A stretch of DNA of 64,000 nt from Macrostomum lignano (Eukaryota): positions 1 to 64,000 of the forward strand of contig NIVC01000392.1 in NCBI GenBank assembly GCA_002269645.1. The letters are read 5' to 3'. Positions within the stretch are counted from its first letter, which is position 1. Every line of letters begins with the position of its first letter. The notes under the pieces are model-generated. The model had not been told where the DNA came from. It ran no database searches and worked only from the letters and a program-made list of their open reading frames with translations. Of this stretch, positions 1 to 13,100 are shown piece after piece. A program made the translations under genes and the position numbers.

Positions 1-34
1 TGCTTCTTAAATAAAGTGTATATTGACTACTCAT

Positions 35-190
35 TCATGAACTTAATCATGAACTCACTCATAAACTCACTCATGAACTCACTCATGAACTCACTCATGA
101 ACTCACTCATGAACTCACTCATGAACTCACTCATGAACTCACTCATGAACTCACTCATGAACTCATGAACTCACTCATATGAACTCGCTC
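35..190. repeat. 12-bp intronic minisatellite (TCATGAACTCAC)n
   Basis: About 12-13 tandem copies visible directly, upstream of the TTGTAG acceptor at 195-200. Confidence 0.9.
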
Positions 191-200
191 ATACTTGTAG

Positions 201-3200
201 ATTCCTCGCTCATTCGCCGAGGACTTGAAGCGTAACTTCGACAAGCTGCAGCCGTCACAGCAGCAGCCTGCAGCCACTCCGCCACCGGTGTCAACACCCT
301 CGTCGATGCACTCGCCTCGAGCGTCGTCATCAACTCGACGACGTTTCGTCGTAGCGACGACTGCGCCGTGGACGCCTCTGCGCAATTCTCGGAGCACCGA
401 CACGCCAGCCGGCAGTCGACGATGGCCTACAGCAGGCAGCAGCTGGCCGCTCTCTGCGCCCACGTCAGCTCCCTGCCGGAGTCCAAAGAGAAGCGACGCT
501 TCGAGAAGCGCCTGCTGGGAGGCGTCGCCGGTGCCGGCAGCTGCGGTGGCGTCGTGCTGATGGCGGCAGCGTCGACGGCTTCAACGACGAGCCAGCAGGC
601 ACGGTGTGCGATGGCTGGGGGCAAGCAGTTCGCTTCGTTTAGGGTGAGTAGCTTGACTGTTATGTAACTAATCAAACCTTTGATGTGCTGCCATTCAGTA
701 GCATATCAATCCTTTGATGTGCCGCAGTCATTCAGTAGATTGTCAATCCATTGATGTGCGCCGCAGTCATTCAGTAGATTGCCAATCCTTTGATGTGCCG
801 CAGTCATTCAGTAGATTGTCAATCCATTGATGTGCCGCAGTCATTCAGTAGATTGCCAATCCTTTGATGTGCCGCAGTCATTCAGTAGATTGTCAATCCA
901 TTGATGTGCCGCAGTCATTCAGTACCTTATCAATCCTTTGATGTGCCGCAGTCATTCAGTAGATTGTCAATCCATTGATGTGCCGCAGTCATTCAGTAGA
1001 TTGCCAATCCTTTGATGTGCCGCAGTCATTCAGTAGATTGCCAATCCTTTGATGTGCCGCAGTCATTCAGTAGCTTATCAATCCTTTGATGTGCCGCAGT
1101 CATTCAGTAGATTGTCAATCCTTTGATGTGCCGCAGTCATTCAGTAGATTGTCAATCCTTTGATGTGCCGCAGTCATTCAGTAGATTGTCAATCCTTTGA
1201 TGTGCCGCAGTCATTCAGTAGATTGTCAATCCTTTGATGTGCCGCAGTCATTCAGTAGATTGCCAATCCTTTGATGTGCCGCAGTCATTCAGTAGATTGT
1301 CAATCCTTTGATGTACCGCAGTCATTCAGTAGCTTATCAATCCTTTGATGTGCCGCAGTCATTCAGTAGATTGTCAATCCTTTGATGTGCCGCAGTCATT
1401 CAGTAGATTGTCAATCCTTTGATGTGCCGCAGTCATTCAGTAGATTGCCAATCCTTTGATGTGCCGCAGTCATTCAGTAGATTGCCAATCCTTTGATGTG
1501 CCGCAGTCATTCAGTAGATTGCCAATCCTTTGATGTACCGCAGTCATTCAGTACCTTATCAATCCTTTGATGTGCCGCAGTCATTCAGTAGATTGTCAAT
1601 CCTTTGATGTGCCGCAGTCATTCAGTAGATTGTCAATCATTTGATGTGCCGCAGTCATTCAGTAGATTGTCAATCCTTTGATGTGCCGCAGTCATTCAGT
1701 AGATTGTCAATCCTTTGATGTGCCGCAGTCATTCAGTAGATTGCCAATCCTTTGATGTGCCGCAGTCATTCAGTAGATTGCCAATCCTTTGATGTGCCGC
1801 AGTCATTCAGTAGATTGCCAATCCTTTGATGTACCGCAGTCATTCAGTACTTATCAATCCTTTGATGTGCCGCAGTCATTCAGTAGATTGTCAATCATTT
1901 GATGTGCCGCAGTCATTCAGTAGATTGTCAATCCTTTGATGTGCCGCAGTCATTCAGTAGATTGCCAATCCTTTGATGTACCGCAGTCATTCAGTACCTT
2001 ATCAATCCTTTGATGTGCCGCAGTCATTCAGTAGATTGCCAATCCTTTGATGTGCCGCAGTCATTCAGTAGATTGCCAATCCTTTGATGTGCCGCAGTCA
2101 TTCAGTAGATTGCCAATCCTTTGATGTACCGCAGTCATTCAGTACCTTATCAATCCTTTGATGTGCCGCAGTCATTCAGTAGATTGTCAATCCTTTGATG
2201 TGCCGCAGTCATTCAGTAGATTGCCAATCCTTTGATATACCGCAGTCATTCAGTACCTTATCAATCCTATGATGTGCCGCAGTCATTCAGTAGATTGCCA
2301 ATCCTTTGATGTACCGCAGTCATTCAGTAGCTTATCAATCCTTTGATGTGCCGCAGTCATTCAGTAGCTTATCAATCCTTTGATGTGCCGCAGTCAATCA
2401 GTAGATTGCCAATCCTTTGATGTACCGCAGTCATTCAGTAGCTTATCAATCCTTTGATGTGCCGCAGTCATTCAGTAGAATCTCAGTCCTTTGATGTGCC
2501 GCCGTCATTCAGTAGCTTACCATTCCTTTGATGTGCCACCATACCTACGTCAGCGAGACTATAATTGCCATTCTCTTCGAATTTGAATTTCAGCAAAACT
2601 GCCGAGACAGATCGCCATTCCAATTCGCGTCACCCGCTCGAAGTGCGTCTGTTTCGGTGAGTTTCGATGTGCCAGTCTGGTTTTTGGGTCGCTTTGACAA
2701 GCAAGAAATTTACTCAATTATACGCTAAGCTACTATAAGTAGGCAAAATAGCAAAATACGCAGAAATACAAATGCACAGATAAATTCTTTACAACTCGCA
2801 AATTCCAGCGCGAACAGAGAACTCCAGTGAGCAGATTCTTCAATCGAGACCGACGCCTCATCCGAGCCCTGTCCAGCATCCGGGTTTACAAGTCCTGCCA
2901 CCGACCGCAGCACCAGCACCAGCAGCTCAATCTTCGCCTGAACTTCGACAGACTCGATGAAGAACCGGCAGAAACTGAGCTCGCAGCCGCCTCATCTACC
3001 GAAGAAGCTGCTCAGAAGCGACGTCGTTTGATGTCGGCTGCCCAGCACGGCGCCTCGAGTAGCCGGTCGCTGCCGCGCCTGCTGCGAGTGTCCTCGCCCC
3101 GACTGGACTTCTGCAGCTCGGCCACTGACGACGCTTCGTTCACCGCGTCAACCGTGTTCGAGGATTGCAGCCTGCCAGTTGGGAGGAAGGGCTTCAAGCA

Positions 3201-3213
3201 GACTGAGCTATGA
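201..3213 (+). CDS. Last two coding exons (201..643, 2809..3213) of an unidentified host gene
   Basis: Acceptor ttgtag|201, donor agg|gtgagt at 643/644, acceptor ttccag|2809. Both sides of the intron are phase 0, giving ...KQFASFR|REQRTPVSRFFNRDRRLIRALSSIRVYKSC...TEL*. Exon 201-643 needs a 1-nt frameshift: only one frame is open from 201 (to TGA 558-560), while the donor-compatible frame has TAA at 233. Confidence 0.6.
672..2537. repeat. 37-bp intronic minisatellite (CAATCCTTTGATGTGCCGCAGTCATTCAGTAGATTGT)n, ~50 copies
   Basis: 37-nt period read directly (e.g. TCAGTAGATT at 1141 and 1178). No spacers. Lies inside intron 644-2808. Confidence 0.95.
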
Positions 3214-3344
3214 CTCTGACGTTCTGCAGATCTTTGTTTGTTTATAGAAAGTTTATAGACTGTAAATTTACAAATAACCTGATTGGACTTTATTGCATTT
3301 CACCTTTAAATTTCTTCCTTAATGTTTTAACCTGCCTGGCAGTT

Positions 3345-3620
3345 CACAACCCCAAATGTAATCCGTGTGAAGTGAAGGAATATAACCCAACCCCACAATT
3401 TACTCTGTTGCAAGGGTAAGGAATTCAACCCAACCTCCCTTCAATGTACTCTGTCGTGAGGGTAAGGAATTCAGCCCTACCCCCAATGTACTCTGTAGCG
3501 AGGGAAAGAACCCAGCCCTACCCCCCAATGTACTCTGTCGCGAGGGAAAGGAATTCAACCCCTGCAACACTCCCACTCTATCGCAAGGGGTAAGCAATCC
3601 AATCCCTAAATGTACTCTTA
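3345..3620. repeat. Degenerate ~43-46-bp tandem repeat, ~6 copies
   Basis: Recurrent core AATGTACTCTGTCGCGAGGG(T/A)AAGGAATTCAACCC. Confidence 0.75.
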
Positions 3621-4235
3621 GCAAGAAGAATTCCTATTTTATGCCCTATAAGGCATTCTAGCCATCTAACTTCATATATGCTCGAACTTACATTCTTTTT
3701 TAACTTGCGATTGTAAATATATGTGGCTAATTGTAGTTTCTAACCGGTTTGAAATTTTGTTCCGTTGTGTTATATACTGTGATACTTAGTAAAATTAAAA
3801 TATGTATGCAAAAATGTATTCGCTGCAATTATATTTCTTATGCGTCATCCAAATTAGAGGTATTGTGTTGTGAAAAAAACAATGTGATGTATAGCAATGA
3901 CATTCCAGATTTTTAAATGAAGTCTGATGCAAAATAAAGTATAAAAAATTTCACAAACCAAAGTTAGTAGTTGCAAAATATTATGATATATATATGTTGC
4001 AGTGTAAATTTACATGCAGTGTACAACTTTAGAATAACAAAACATTAATGCAGGTAAATGTATAGAACATACACAGAAGACATACAAAACAGAGTATAAA
4101 TTATAAATTCGAAGAGACCGAAAATTTTAACAAGATATCTATATATCTGACTAGTGAGTAGTACGTCGCGCACATCAAGTGATAAAATAACAAAAGTTAC
4201 AACAAAAATAATCTGATATGTCAGTATTTTTTTAA

Positions 4236-4746
4236 AGAATCAGAGGTGGGGTGTCAGACAAGACAGCTGAAGAGTCAGAGGTGGGGTGTCAGACGACAGC
4301 TGAAGAATCAGAGATGGGGTGTCAGACGACAGGTGAAGAGTCAGAGGTGGGGTGTAAGACGACAGCTGAAGAGTCAGAGGTGGGACGTCAGACTACAGCT
4401 GAAGAATCAGAGGTGGGGTGTCAGACGACAGCTGAAGAGTCAGAGGTGGGGTGTCAGACTACAGGTGAAGAATCAGAGGTGGGGTGTCAGACGACAGCTG
4501 AAGAGTCAGAGGTGGGGTGTCAGACTACAGCTGAAGAATCAGAGGTGGGGTGTCAGACGACAGCTGAAGAGTCAGAGGTGGGGTGTCAGACTACAGCTGA
4601 AGAATCAGAGGTGGGGTGTCAGACGACAGCTGAAGAGTCAGAGGTGGGGTGTCAGACGACAGCTGAAGAATCAGAGGTAGGGTGTCAGATGACAGCTGAA
4701 GAATCAGAGGTAGGGTGTCAGACGACAGCTGAAGAATCAGAGGTGG
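4236..4746. repeat. 33-bp minisatellite (GAAGAATCAGAGGTGGGGTGTCAGACGACAGCT)n, ~15 copies
   Basis: Directly visible; lies just past the TTLL7 stop codon. Confidence 0.95.
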
Positions 4747-4821
4747 TCACAACCTACGGCCTACTTAATTTATACGAGTACTCAAGCGCTGTCTGCTCGT
4801 GCTTAAGTCGCCAACCTGTTG

Positions 4822-7800
4822 CTAGGCAACCGGAGTGGCATCAGCGGCGCCATTCGTCAGCACGGGACTGGCGTTGAGGCGCTTCAGAGCGTCTCGCTGA
4901 GGCCTGGCAGCCTCCGAATACAGGTAGACGATGAGCAGGCAGTCCTGGCACAGTTGCACCGTGCGCTGGCAGCACTGCAGCTCAGTGTCCGAAGGCTGCT
5001 GCTGGACGGTCACGGACACCCAACCCGCTGTCCGGCTGCCGAAGGTCTCCCACAGGCCTTGGCCATTGCGCCACAGCAACCGGTTGAACAGCCTGTCCAA
5101 CAGGCGGTACAGTCGGCTGGCCTCGACTGCACCACCCCCGCTGCCGCCTCCACCGCTTCGAAAAGCTTTCTCCAGCGCCACTCTGACGCACCGCTTGGCA
5201 ATGTCCAGCACCTTGGCCCGCTTCTCCGAGTCCAGGCTCAGGCGCCAGTAGGCACCGACCTGCGGCTTGTTCGCCTGCCAGTTGGTCAGCAGGCCGCTCA
5301 GCAGGCGGTCCGCTTCGCTGTCTGACTTTCCAGGAAACCGAATGCGCAGTCCGTTGAGGCATTTCAACGCCAGATGGGCGCGGGCCTCGTCGTCAGTTGT
5401 CGTTGCCGAATTTGCAGCCACCGACTCCTTCGGGTTTTTGTTTTTGAGTTCCATCTTACGACGGTTCAGGTCTTCGTCCGAGTCGCCGCTGGAGTCGCTC
5501 GCGCGGCGCCGGTGCCAGCCGCTGCGGCCAGCTGCTTGTCGACATCCTCCAGACTGAGCTTGTTGGCGTAGAAAGCCTCCAGGTCCTTCAGTAGCCGGCC
5601 GGCTCCGGCGTCCATCACGACGGGGAACACCGACAGCAGACTCGCCGCTAGCTTGGCCTGCCGTTCGGCGTCGTCGACCGGGAAGATCCGACGGAAGCCC
5701 TGGCAGACGCGCGATTCGACCTCCTTGCTGACTGCCTGCAGACGCAGCCGGCTCTGCAGCCGCGTCAGGTCCGCCGCAACGTTGGCGGCGCTCTTAGAAG
5801 ACTTGGCGCTCTTACGATCGGACGGACGGCAGTTGAGCAGCATGAGCGTCTCGTCAAGCATACCGAGCTTCACCTCGCGCTCGACCGGATGATCGACGTC
5901 AAGGTTTGGCGACCTGTTGACCTCCATGAGCCAAGGTCGCAGGTTCTGGTCCAGCAGGATGTCAAAACCGAGCAGCTCAAAGCAGACGGAGCGGCTGCCT
6001 GGCTGGTCGGCAGGTCGGCACTGCCTGTAGGACATGAGCAGATGCGGCTCAGCCAAAAACACAGTCTTCAGCACCAGATCGATGATGCTGTGCCACATCT
6101 TAGCTACATCGTAGTTCCGCTTGGCCAGGTACTCGTTCAGGAAGCGCACGGACCGAATGCCGTCCGCTGGGAGTCGCCCAGAGCCACCTCGGCGGGTTTG
6201 GCGACGCTCTCGATCTGCCTCAGCGGCCGCGGCAGCCGCCTGCTGCTGCAACAGCGGGCTGGTGACGTGCATCAGCAGGCTGTCGGACTTAATCTTCAAC
6301 GGTTCCACGTAGGGCTCGCTGCTCATTCTGATTAGTCCTTCGTTGTAGAAATACACTCGAAGAGGATCGCACGACGTGATTAACACAAATAAGCGGAGAT
6401 CGAACTTCCGACCGTCTATGAGGAACGGGTTGGACACGTACTCCTGCAGGACGCAGGGTGTCTCCGCCGTCTGCGGAACGTCATCAGCAGTCTTGTAAAC
6501 GGCGATCCCGTGCCCCATAGCTCCGTCAATCGGTTTGGAGATAAAAGATCGCCGCTTGTCTGCCTTCTGCATCTCCTTGCAGCGCTGCTGGAAAGAGGAC
6601 AGGTCGGCCGGCAAAACCCAAGTCCGAGGCGCAAAGTTGTACTCTTGAGGTAGCGTGCTGGACGCTTTTGTGAAGTTCTTCGCCAGCAGGTCCTTGCGAG
6701 TGATCTCAGCCATCCCAGGAAAGTGGTTCACTCGCTGGTAGGGTCGCAGGTCGCTCAGACGCTCCGTCGAGATGAACGAGTCGATCCAGATCAGGAAAGG
6801 CGTCCGGAAATCATCGTCAGCAGTTGGCAGAAAGCCGATCTTCTGCGCGGCGTGGTGCACAGACTCGTACCGGGTGCCGCTAAGGTTCGCGGGCAGCGCT
6901 TGCCGCAGACGTACGATACGTCTCTTAGGATCCTGCTGCTGACTGCCGTCGTCCAGTTCGCGACGTCGCCTGGTTGGCAGCTCGTCTTCTAGTCGATCCG
7001 AACGAGTTCTATTATAACCCCGATCGTAGCGGTCTTCATCCAGACCCCCGCTGCGCAGGTCCGAGCGCCTCCGGTACGGATCTTTATCGTCAAGTCGGTT
7101 TCGACGCATCGAGAAGTCGTCCAAATCACCAGACCTCGACTTCGACGAGCCGATCGGTCGGTCACCTTTGAAGTCTGCCTTGCGACGAAGCGGCGAATCA
7201 CCAGCTCTGCTGCTAGCGTTGCTCCTTCCGACTGGCACCTCGTCGAACGAAGACTTTGTGAAGTCTCTGGAGCTCTGGGCGGACTTTTTGTCCAAAGTAG
7301 CCTGCCTTGGCGATCGCGCTCTGTCATCTAGCTTTCCTCTGTCGATATCGTCAATATCTCTTTTTCTACCGCCTACGGGGATGTCGTCGTACTTTGACAA
7401 AAAGTCCGCTCGATTTCGGTCAAAATCCCGTCGATCGTTGGGATGACTGCTATCCTTGCGACCCACAGGAATGTCATCGTGCTGTGACCGATTGTTTCTG
7501 CGAGTATCCCGTGGACTGTCAGCTTTAGAAGATACAACCGCAGACTTTTTGCCGCCAACAGGTATTTCATCGAAGTTATTCTTGCTACTGACTGACGAAC
7601 GTGGCGACCGACTTACTGGGAGTTCAATATGGCCGTTGTTGGCTCTATCCTTGGATAAACCTGAACGACCGACGGGAGTGTCATCGTATTTGCTTTTGGT
7701 TGAGCGACCTACAGGGATATCGTCGTGAAGATTCTTTCGACCTGAAGAACTACCAGATCGACCAACTGGCACATCGTCGTGTGCGTTGAAGCGTCCTGAA

Positions 7801-8339
7801 GAGCCACCAGACTGACCAACTGGCACATCGTCGTGTGCGTTGAAGCGTCCTGAAGAGCCAACAGACCGACCCACGGGCATATCGTCGTGGGGGTTGAAGC
7901 GTCCCGTGGAGCCCCCAGAACGACCAACTGGGACATCGTCGTGAATATTTTTTCGACCTGATGAACTACCAGAATGACCAACTGGCACATCGTCGTGTGG
8001 GTTGAAGCGTCCTGAAGAGCCACCAGACCGACCAACTGGTACATCGTCGTGTGGATTGAAGCGCCCCGTGGAGACGCCAGAACGACCAACTGGCACATCG
8101 TCGTGAAGATTTTTTCGACCTGATGAACTACCAGAACGACCAACTGGCACATCATCGTGTGGGTTGAAGCGCTCCGTGGAGCCACCAGAACGACCCACGG
8201 GCATTTCGTCAAGCGTTTTATACCTGGGCGAGGCTGTTGCCTTTCGACCGCCAACTGGAATGTCGTCGTAGCGAGGAGGTACAGCAGCACCGGCAGAACC
8301 TCGCTGAGATTTTCCCACCATTTGACTGAGGAAATTCAT
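4822..8339 (-). CDS. TTLL7: Tubulin polyglutamylase, TTLL7-like; intronless, ~1170 aa, one apparent 1-nt frameshift near 5520-5530
   Basis: TTL motifs RVNHFPGMAEITRKDLL, PRTWVLP, KPIDGAMGHGI, QEYVSNPFLIDGRKFDLR, CFELLGFDILLD..RPWLMEVNRSP. GAMGHGI is the TTLL7 form of that motif. ORF 4822-5454 matches the TTLL7 C-terminal region (FPGK, VGAYW..LDSEKR.KV, FNRLLW..GQGLW, CCQR.V.LC..CLL.VY) and its frame reads on upstream as HRRRASDSSGDSDEDLNRRK. Confidence 0.88.
7705..8200 (-). repeat. 54-bp coding repeat (18-aa unit HDDVPVGRSGxSxGRFNP/RKNL) in the TTLL7 N-terminus
   Basis: Nine consecutive HDD[VMI]PVG units in the translation. Confidence 0.95.
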
Positions 8340-9099
8340 CTCTGCGCTACAGTATATATTAAATGATTTCTACGAGTCTTACTCAACTATTCTATTTTGT
8401 TTCAGAAACAGATTACAGCAAATAATCACTTATGCGACGATGTCCTCGGTAAAAAATTTGGCTTCAATTCAACTCTTATTACTGTACTTTCCTTTCCAGT
8501 CGCGATTCTTTCTGGTTGCCTTGGCAACCAATGCGGGGGTTGGATAGGCTGTGTGGCTTTATCAATAGATCCGACTCTGTACAATAGGCGACTGAGTTCC
8601 CAGCCCAACTCAGCCCAGCTCAATCGGGCCTCAGCTCTCTCCTACTCAACATGCATGCCTGGCAACGACGTACACAGGCAAGTAGAGCTGAGTGCAAGGT
8701 CAGGCATTGAGCCTGCCTTCCTCTCTCCCCTCTCCCCCAACTCATGCGGTGCTCATGCCTGCCACCAGCTAGAGCTGTGTGTGAGCCACATGTGTCTATC
8801 TAGTGTTCATTGTTCTGCAATGTATCTTCTTACACGAAAGAAAGTTGAATAAACAGTTTCAACAAAAGTTTCTTTTTTACGGGCAATTTAACTGAATATG
8901 CCAGGTTTATCCGGATAATTTATTACTAGCAGAAAATACTCGTAGATAGATAAATAAAAAACCAAAATGAAAATGCAAATTCAGTTTAATGAGACATGCT
9001 CAACAAGTTATGTATGCATGAATTTGCTAACAAAACCGAGTTAAATTAGTAACAAATTTCGCATCAGCTCTTGGACAATTACCTCATTTTTTAGGGCGA

Positions 9100-10050
9100 T
9101 TATGGATCTATAAATGGATCTGGAGGGCGATTATCAGTTGCTCTAGAGGCCTATTCTCAGTGTATCTAGAAGGTCATTTTCAGTGGATCTAGAGGGCGAT
9201 TCTCAGTTGATCTAGAGGGCGATTCTCAGTGGATCTAGAGGGCGATTCTCAGTGGATCTAGAGGGCGATTCTCAGTTGATCTAGAGGGCGATTCTCAGTT
9301 GATCTAGAGGGCGATTCTCAGTGGATCTAGAGGGCGATTATCAGTTGCTCTAGAGGCCTATTCTCAGTGTATCTAGAAGGTCATTTTCAGTGGATCTAGA
9401 GGGCGATTCTCAGTGGATCTAGAGGGCGATTCTCAGTTGATCTAGAGGGCGATTCTCAGTGGATCTAGAGGGCGATTCTCAGTGGATCTAGAGGGCGATT
9501 CTCAGTTGAATCTAGAGAGCGATTCTTAGTTGATCTAGAGGGCGATTCTCAGTGGATCTAGAGGGCGATTCTCAGTGGATCTAGAGGGCGATTCTCAGTG
9601 GATCTAGAGGGCGATTCTCAGTGGATCTAGAGGGCGATTCTCAGTTGATGTAGAGGGCGATTCTCAGTTGATGTAGAGGGCGATTCTCAGTGGATCTAGA
9701 GGGCGATTCTCAGTTGAATCTAGAGAGCGATTCTTAGTTGATCTAGAGGGCGATTCTCAGTGGATCTAGAGGGCGATTCTCAGTGGATCTAGAGGGCGAT
9801 TCTCAGTGGATCTAGAGGGCGATTCTCAGTGGATCTAGAGGGCGATTCTCAGTTGATCTAGAGGGCGATTCTCAGTTGATCTAGAGGGCGATTCTCAGTT
9901 GATCTAGAGGGCGATTCTCAGTGGATCTAGAGGGCGATTCTCAGTGGATCTAGAGGGCGATTCTCAGTGGATTTAGAGGGCGATTCTCAGTTGATCTAGA
10001 CCTGATATAAACTGATCTAGCGGGTCTAGATAGCGGCGACGATTCTTAGC
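9100..10050. repeat. 23-bp intergenic minisatellite (GATCTAGAGGGCGATTCTCAGT[G/T])n, ~40 copies
   Basis: GATCT at 9186, 9209, 9232 etc. Lies between the MSTO1 stop and the TTLL7 start. Confidence 0.95.
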
Positions 10051-10137
10051 GGGTCTAGAAGAAATTCTTACTTTCTAATTGAACATAATAAACTTCAATC
10101 AAACAAATAAACATCCGTTCACACCAGTGACCCCAGT

Positions 10138-13100
10138 CTACAGCGCTTTATCCGGCCGGTACTGATCAGCAATGTCCCTGGCAGCGGCCACCGCTTCTTT
10201 AAGCTCGTCCAACTCTAAATTAATCAGAGAGATCGAGTCTCGAACAGAACCTGAACTGCAGGCCGACAATTCCACAGCGTCAGTCAGACTGTCCAAGCTA
10301 TCGGCAGTTGCAGAGGAATTGTCCAGCATAGCCCAGCAGCCGATCTTTGGATAGGCATTTCTGCGCAGTCTGCTAGCTGTTGCGGCAGGATTCGAACCAG
10401 AAACCTCGGGCTCCAGAGCAGGATCGGGCGGTAGAAGCAGGCCAGTTGGAAACGGAGGCTTCGCAGTCAGCGGCGGCGAGACCAAGTGGATGTGCCGGGC
10501 CAGGTGGCCGGCGCCCGGTGCGCGAACGTCGCTTAGCCAGCGTTCAACAATGGCCGCGGAATCTGCCGGCTGCTGACGTGGAGAGCTGGGAAGGCAGCGG
10601 CCAACCTAAGGTTGGTTAGCAGAGGGTTAGTTCGTCAGCTGGACTGTCAGGGAGACATGATGGAGCAAGAAGGGAGTCTCAGGGAGAGTGAGGGTAGGCA
10701 GGAGAGTCTCAGGGAGAGAGTGAGGGTAGACAGGAGAGTCTCAGGGAGAGAGTGAGAATAGACAGGAGAGTTTCAGGGAGAGAGTGAGAGTAGACAAGAG
10801 AGTCTCAGGGAGAGAGTGAGGGTAGACAGGAGAGTCTCAGGTAGAGGATGAGGGTAGACAAGAGTTTGAGGGTAGATAACATTCTCAGGTAGAGGGTGCG
10901 GGTAGATAAGAGTTTGAGGGTGGATAACATTCTCAGGGAGGGTGAGGGTAGATAAGAGTTTGAGGGAGAGGGTGAGAGTAGATAGGAGTCTCAGGGAGAG
11001 AAGGGATACAGAATAAGGGTAAGGACATACGGTGCAGCACTAGTAGAAACCAATGAAAACAGACTCAATGAGAGCCGCTAACTAACCGACAAGCAAGCGA
11101 CACTGCTATGCTCAGGGCCAGCTGCAAACGGTCCAATAGGCGGCGGCGCCGACAGTGCAGCAGCATTAAGCGGTTGGCCATCCGGTCGATACAGCCGAGC
11201 CGCCGAGCCGCAGAAGCGCCGGCCAGACTGGCACAGCAGACGCTGCACATCGCCAAGATCTGGTTGATTGCCGAAGCGCAGTCTAGTCGGCAGCGTGACG
11301 GTGTCGAGCCAGGAAGCGACGGCGGCTGTTGCGGCGTACTGAGACATCGGCACCGACGATGCAGATGCCGATGGCGAAGCCGAAAGCCAGGGCTCTGGTA
11401 TCGGCGATGTTGGTGAAGACAAAGGCGCGATCAGACCGGCTAGAGATTCGCTGCGGACCAGCGTTAGCCAGGAGATCAAACGATAAGCCGGCGGCGACTT
11501 CCTACAGGAGGCCTCGACGGACAGCCAGTCTGGATGAGGCAGGCAGGGCAGAAACAGGCGGGCCTTCTTGGGAAATTCCTCAGCCAGGTAGGCCAGCGCC
11601 CAGCTGGTCAGGCTGCCGCCAAATGTGGGATCCGGGGCGTCAGATAGCAGCTGAAATCCCTGCGGGACACGGAGCGGGGGTTTGGGGGCTGGTGGTTAAG
11701 TTTGAGTGCAAGTCGGTTAGCGCGAAAGGATTGATCTCGGATGACCTCGGAGGAGTAATAACTTTACTCCCGGGATATGCAGCGACCAGTGACCTCACCG
11801 AATGACCTCAAATGACCCTCGAAGGTGCAGTGACTAGTGACTTCACCGAATGACCTCAGATGGGTTCGCTGGTTAGGTTAATCTGATACCTGGGGTTCAC
11901 CGGTTATAACTTTATGAATTTGACCCCCAGGGAGGTGCAGTAACTAGTGACCTCACTGAATGACCTCAGATGACCCCGGGGGAGGTGCAGTGACTAGTGA
12001 CCTCACCGAATGACCTCAGATGACCCCAGAGGTGCAGTGACTAGTGACCTCATTGAATGACCTCAGATGACCCCAGAGGTGCAGTGACTAGAGACTCACT
12101 GAGTGACCTCAGATGACCCCCAGGGAGGTGCAGTGACTAGTGACCTCATTGAATGACATCAGATGACCCCAGAGGTGCACTGACTAGTGACCTCACTAAG
12201 TGACCTCAGATAACCCTAGCAGGTGCAGTGCAGGTGTCGTCGCAGCGAACCCTCACCTGGAGCCGGTCGCACTCCTCGGCAAACAGACGCAGCCGCGATT
12301 CCACGTCCTCCTCCAGCTGCTGCTGAAGTCCGACAGCCTCGGCCACTAGCGGCGACAAGCGCAGCAGGGAGCGCGGATGCAGCCGGGTGCCCAGACAGTC
12401 GTTCCAAGCCCGGAAGCTGGACTCCGCATACTGCATCTCCTCGCCAACGTCGCCCTGGTCGTCGGTGCCGATTTCCGCGAAAGCGCGTCTCTGGAATTGG
12501 TGTCGCTCGCTGCCATTGCGCTGCACTGGATGCACTTCGACTGGAAGGCCGCGGGACGATAGGGCAGCTGCTTCGCCGGCGGCAGCGCCATCGAGATCGA
12601 CGGCATCGACTGGTGGGTGGCATGACATAATTTGTAATAAAGTGAGATTTAGATTAGGTAAGGATAGGCTTTGAAAGAATGCGGATATGAAAATATAGGA
12701 TTTGATAGGATGGGGATTTAAAAAAATGGGAGTTGATAGGACGGGAGTTGAAATGTTGGGACCAGACAGGATGGCATCAGATTCAGATATGATGGGATTA
12801 GATATGATGGGATTAGACAGGATGGGATCAGATAGGATGGAATCAGACAGAATGAGATCAGACAGGATGGGATCAGACAGGATGGGATTAGACAGGATGG
12901 GGTCAGATAAGATGGGATCAGACAGAATGAGATCAGACAGGATGGGATCAGACAGGATGGGATTAGACAGGATGGGGTCAGATAAGATGGGATCAGACAG
13001 AATGAGATCAGACAGGATGGGATCAGACAGGATGGGATTAGACAGGATGGAATCAGGCAGGATGGGATCAGAGATCAGACAGGATGGAATCAGACAGGAT

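Noticed and set aside
672-2537. CRISPR-like array (37-bp period)
   Set aside because: Units are contiguous with no unique spacers, there are no cas genes, and it lies in a spliceosomal intron.
4246-4877. ORFs of 144 and 208 aa (TAEESEVGCQT repeats)
   Set aside because: Products of a 33-bp (11-codon) stop-free minisatellite; no splice or start context.
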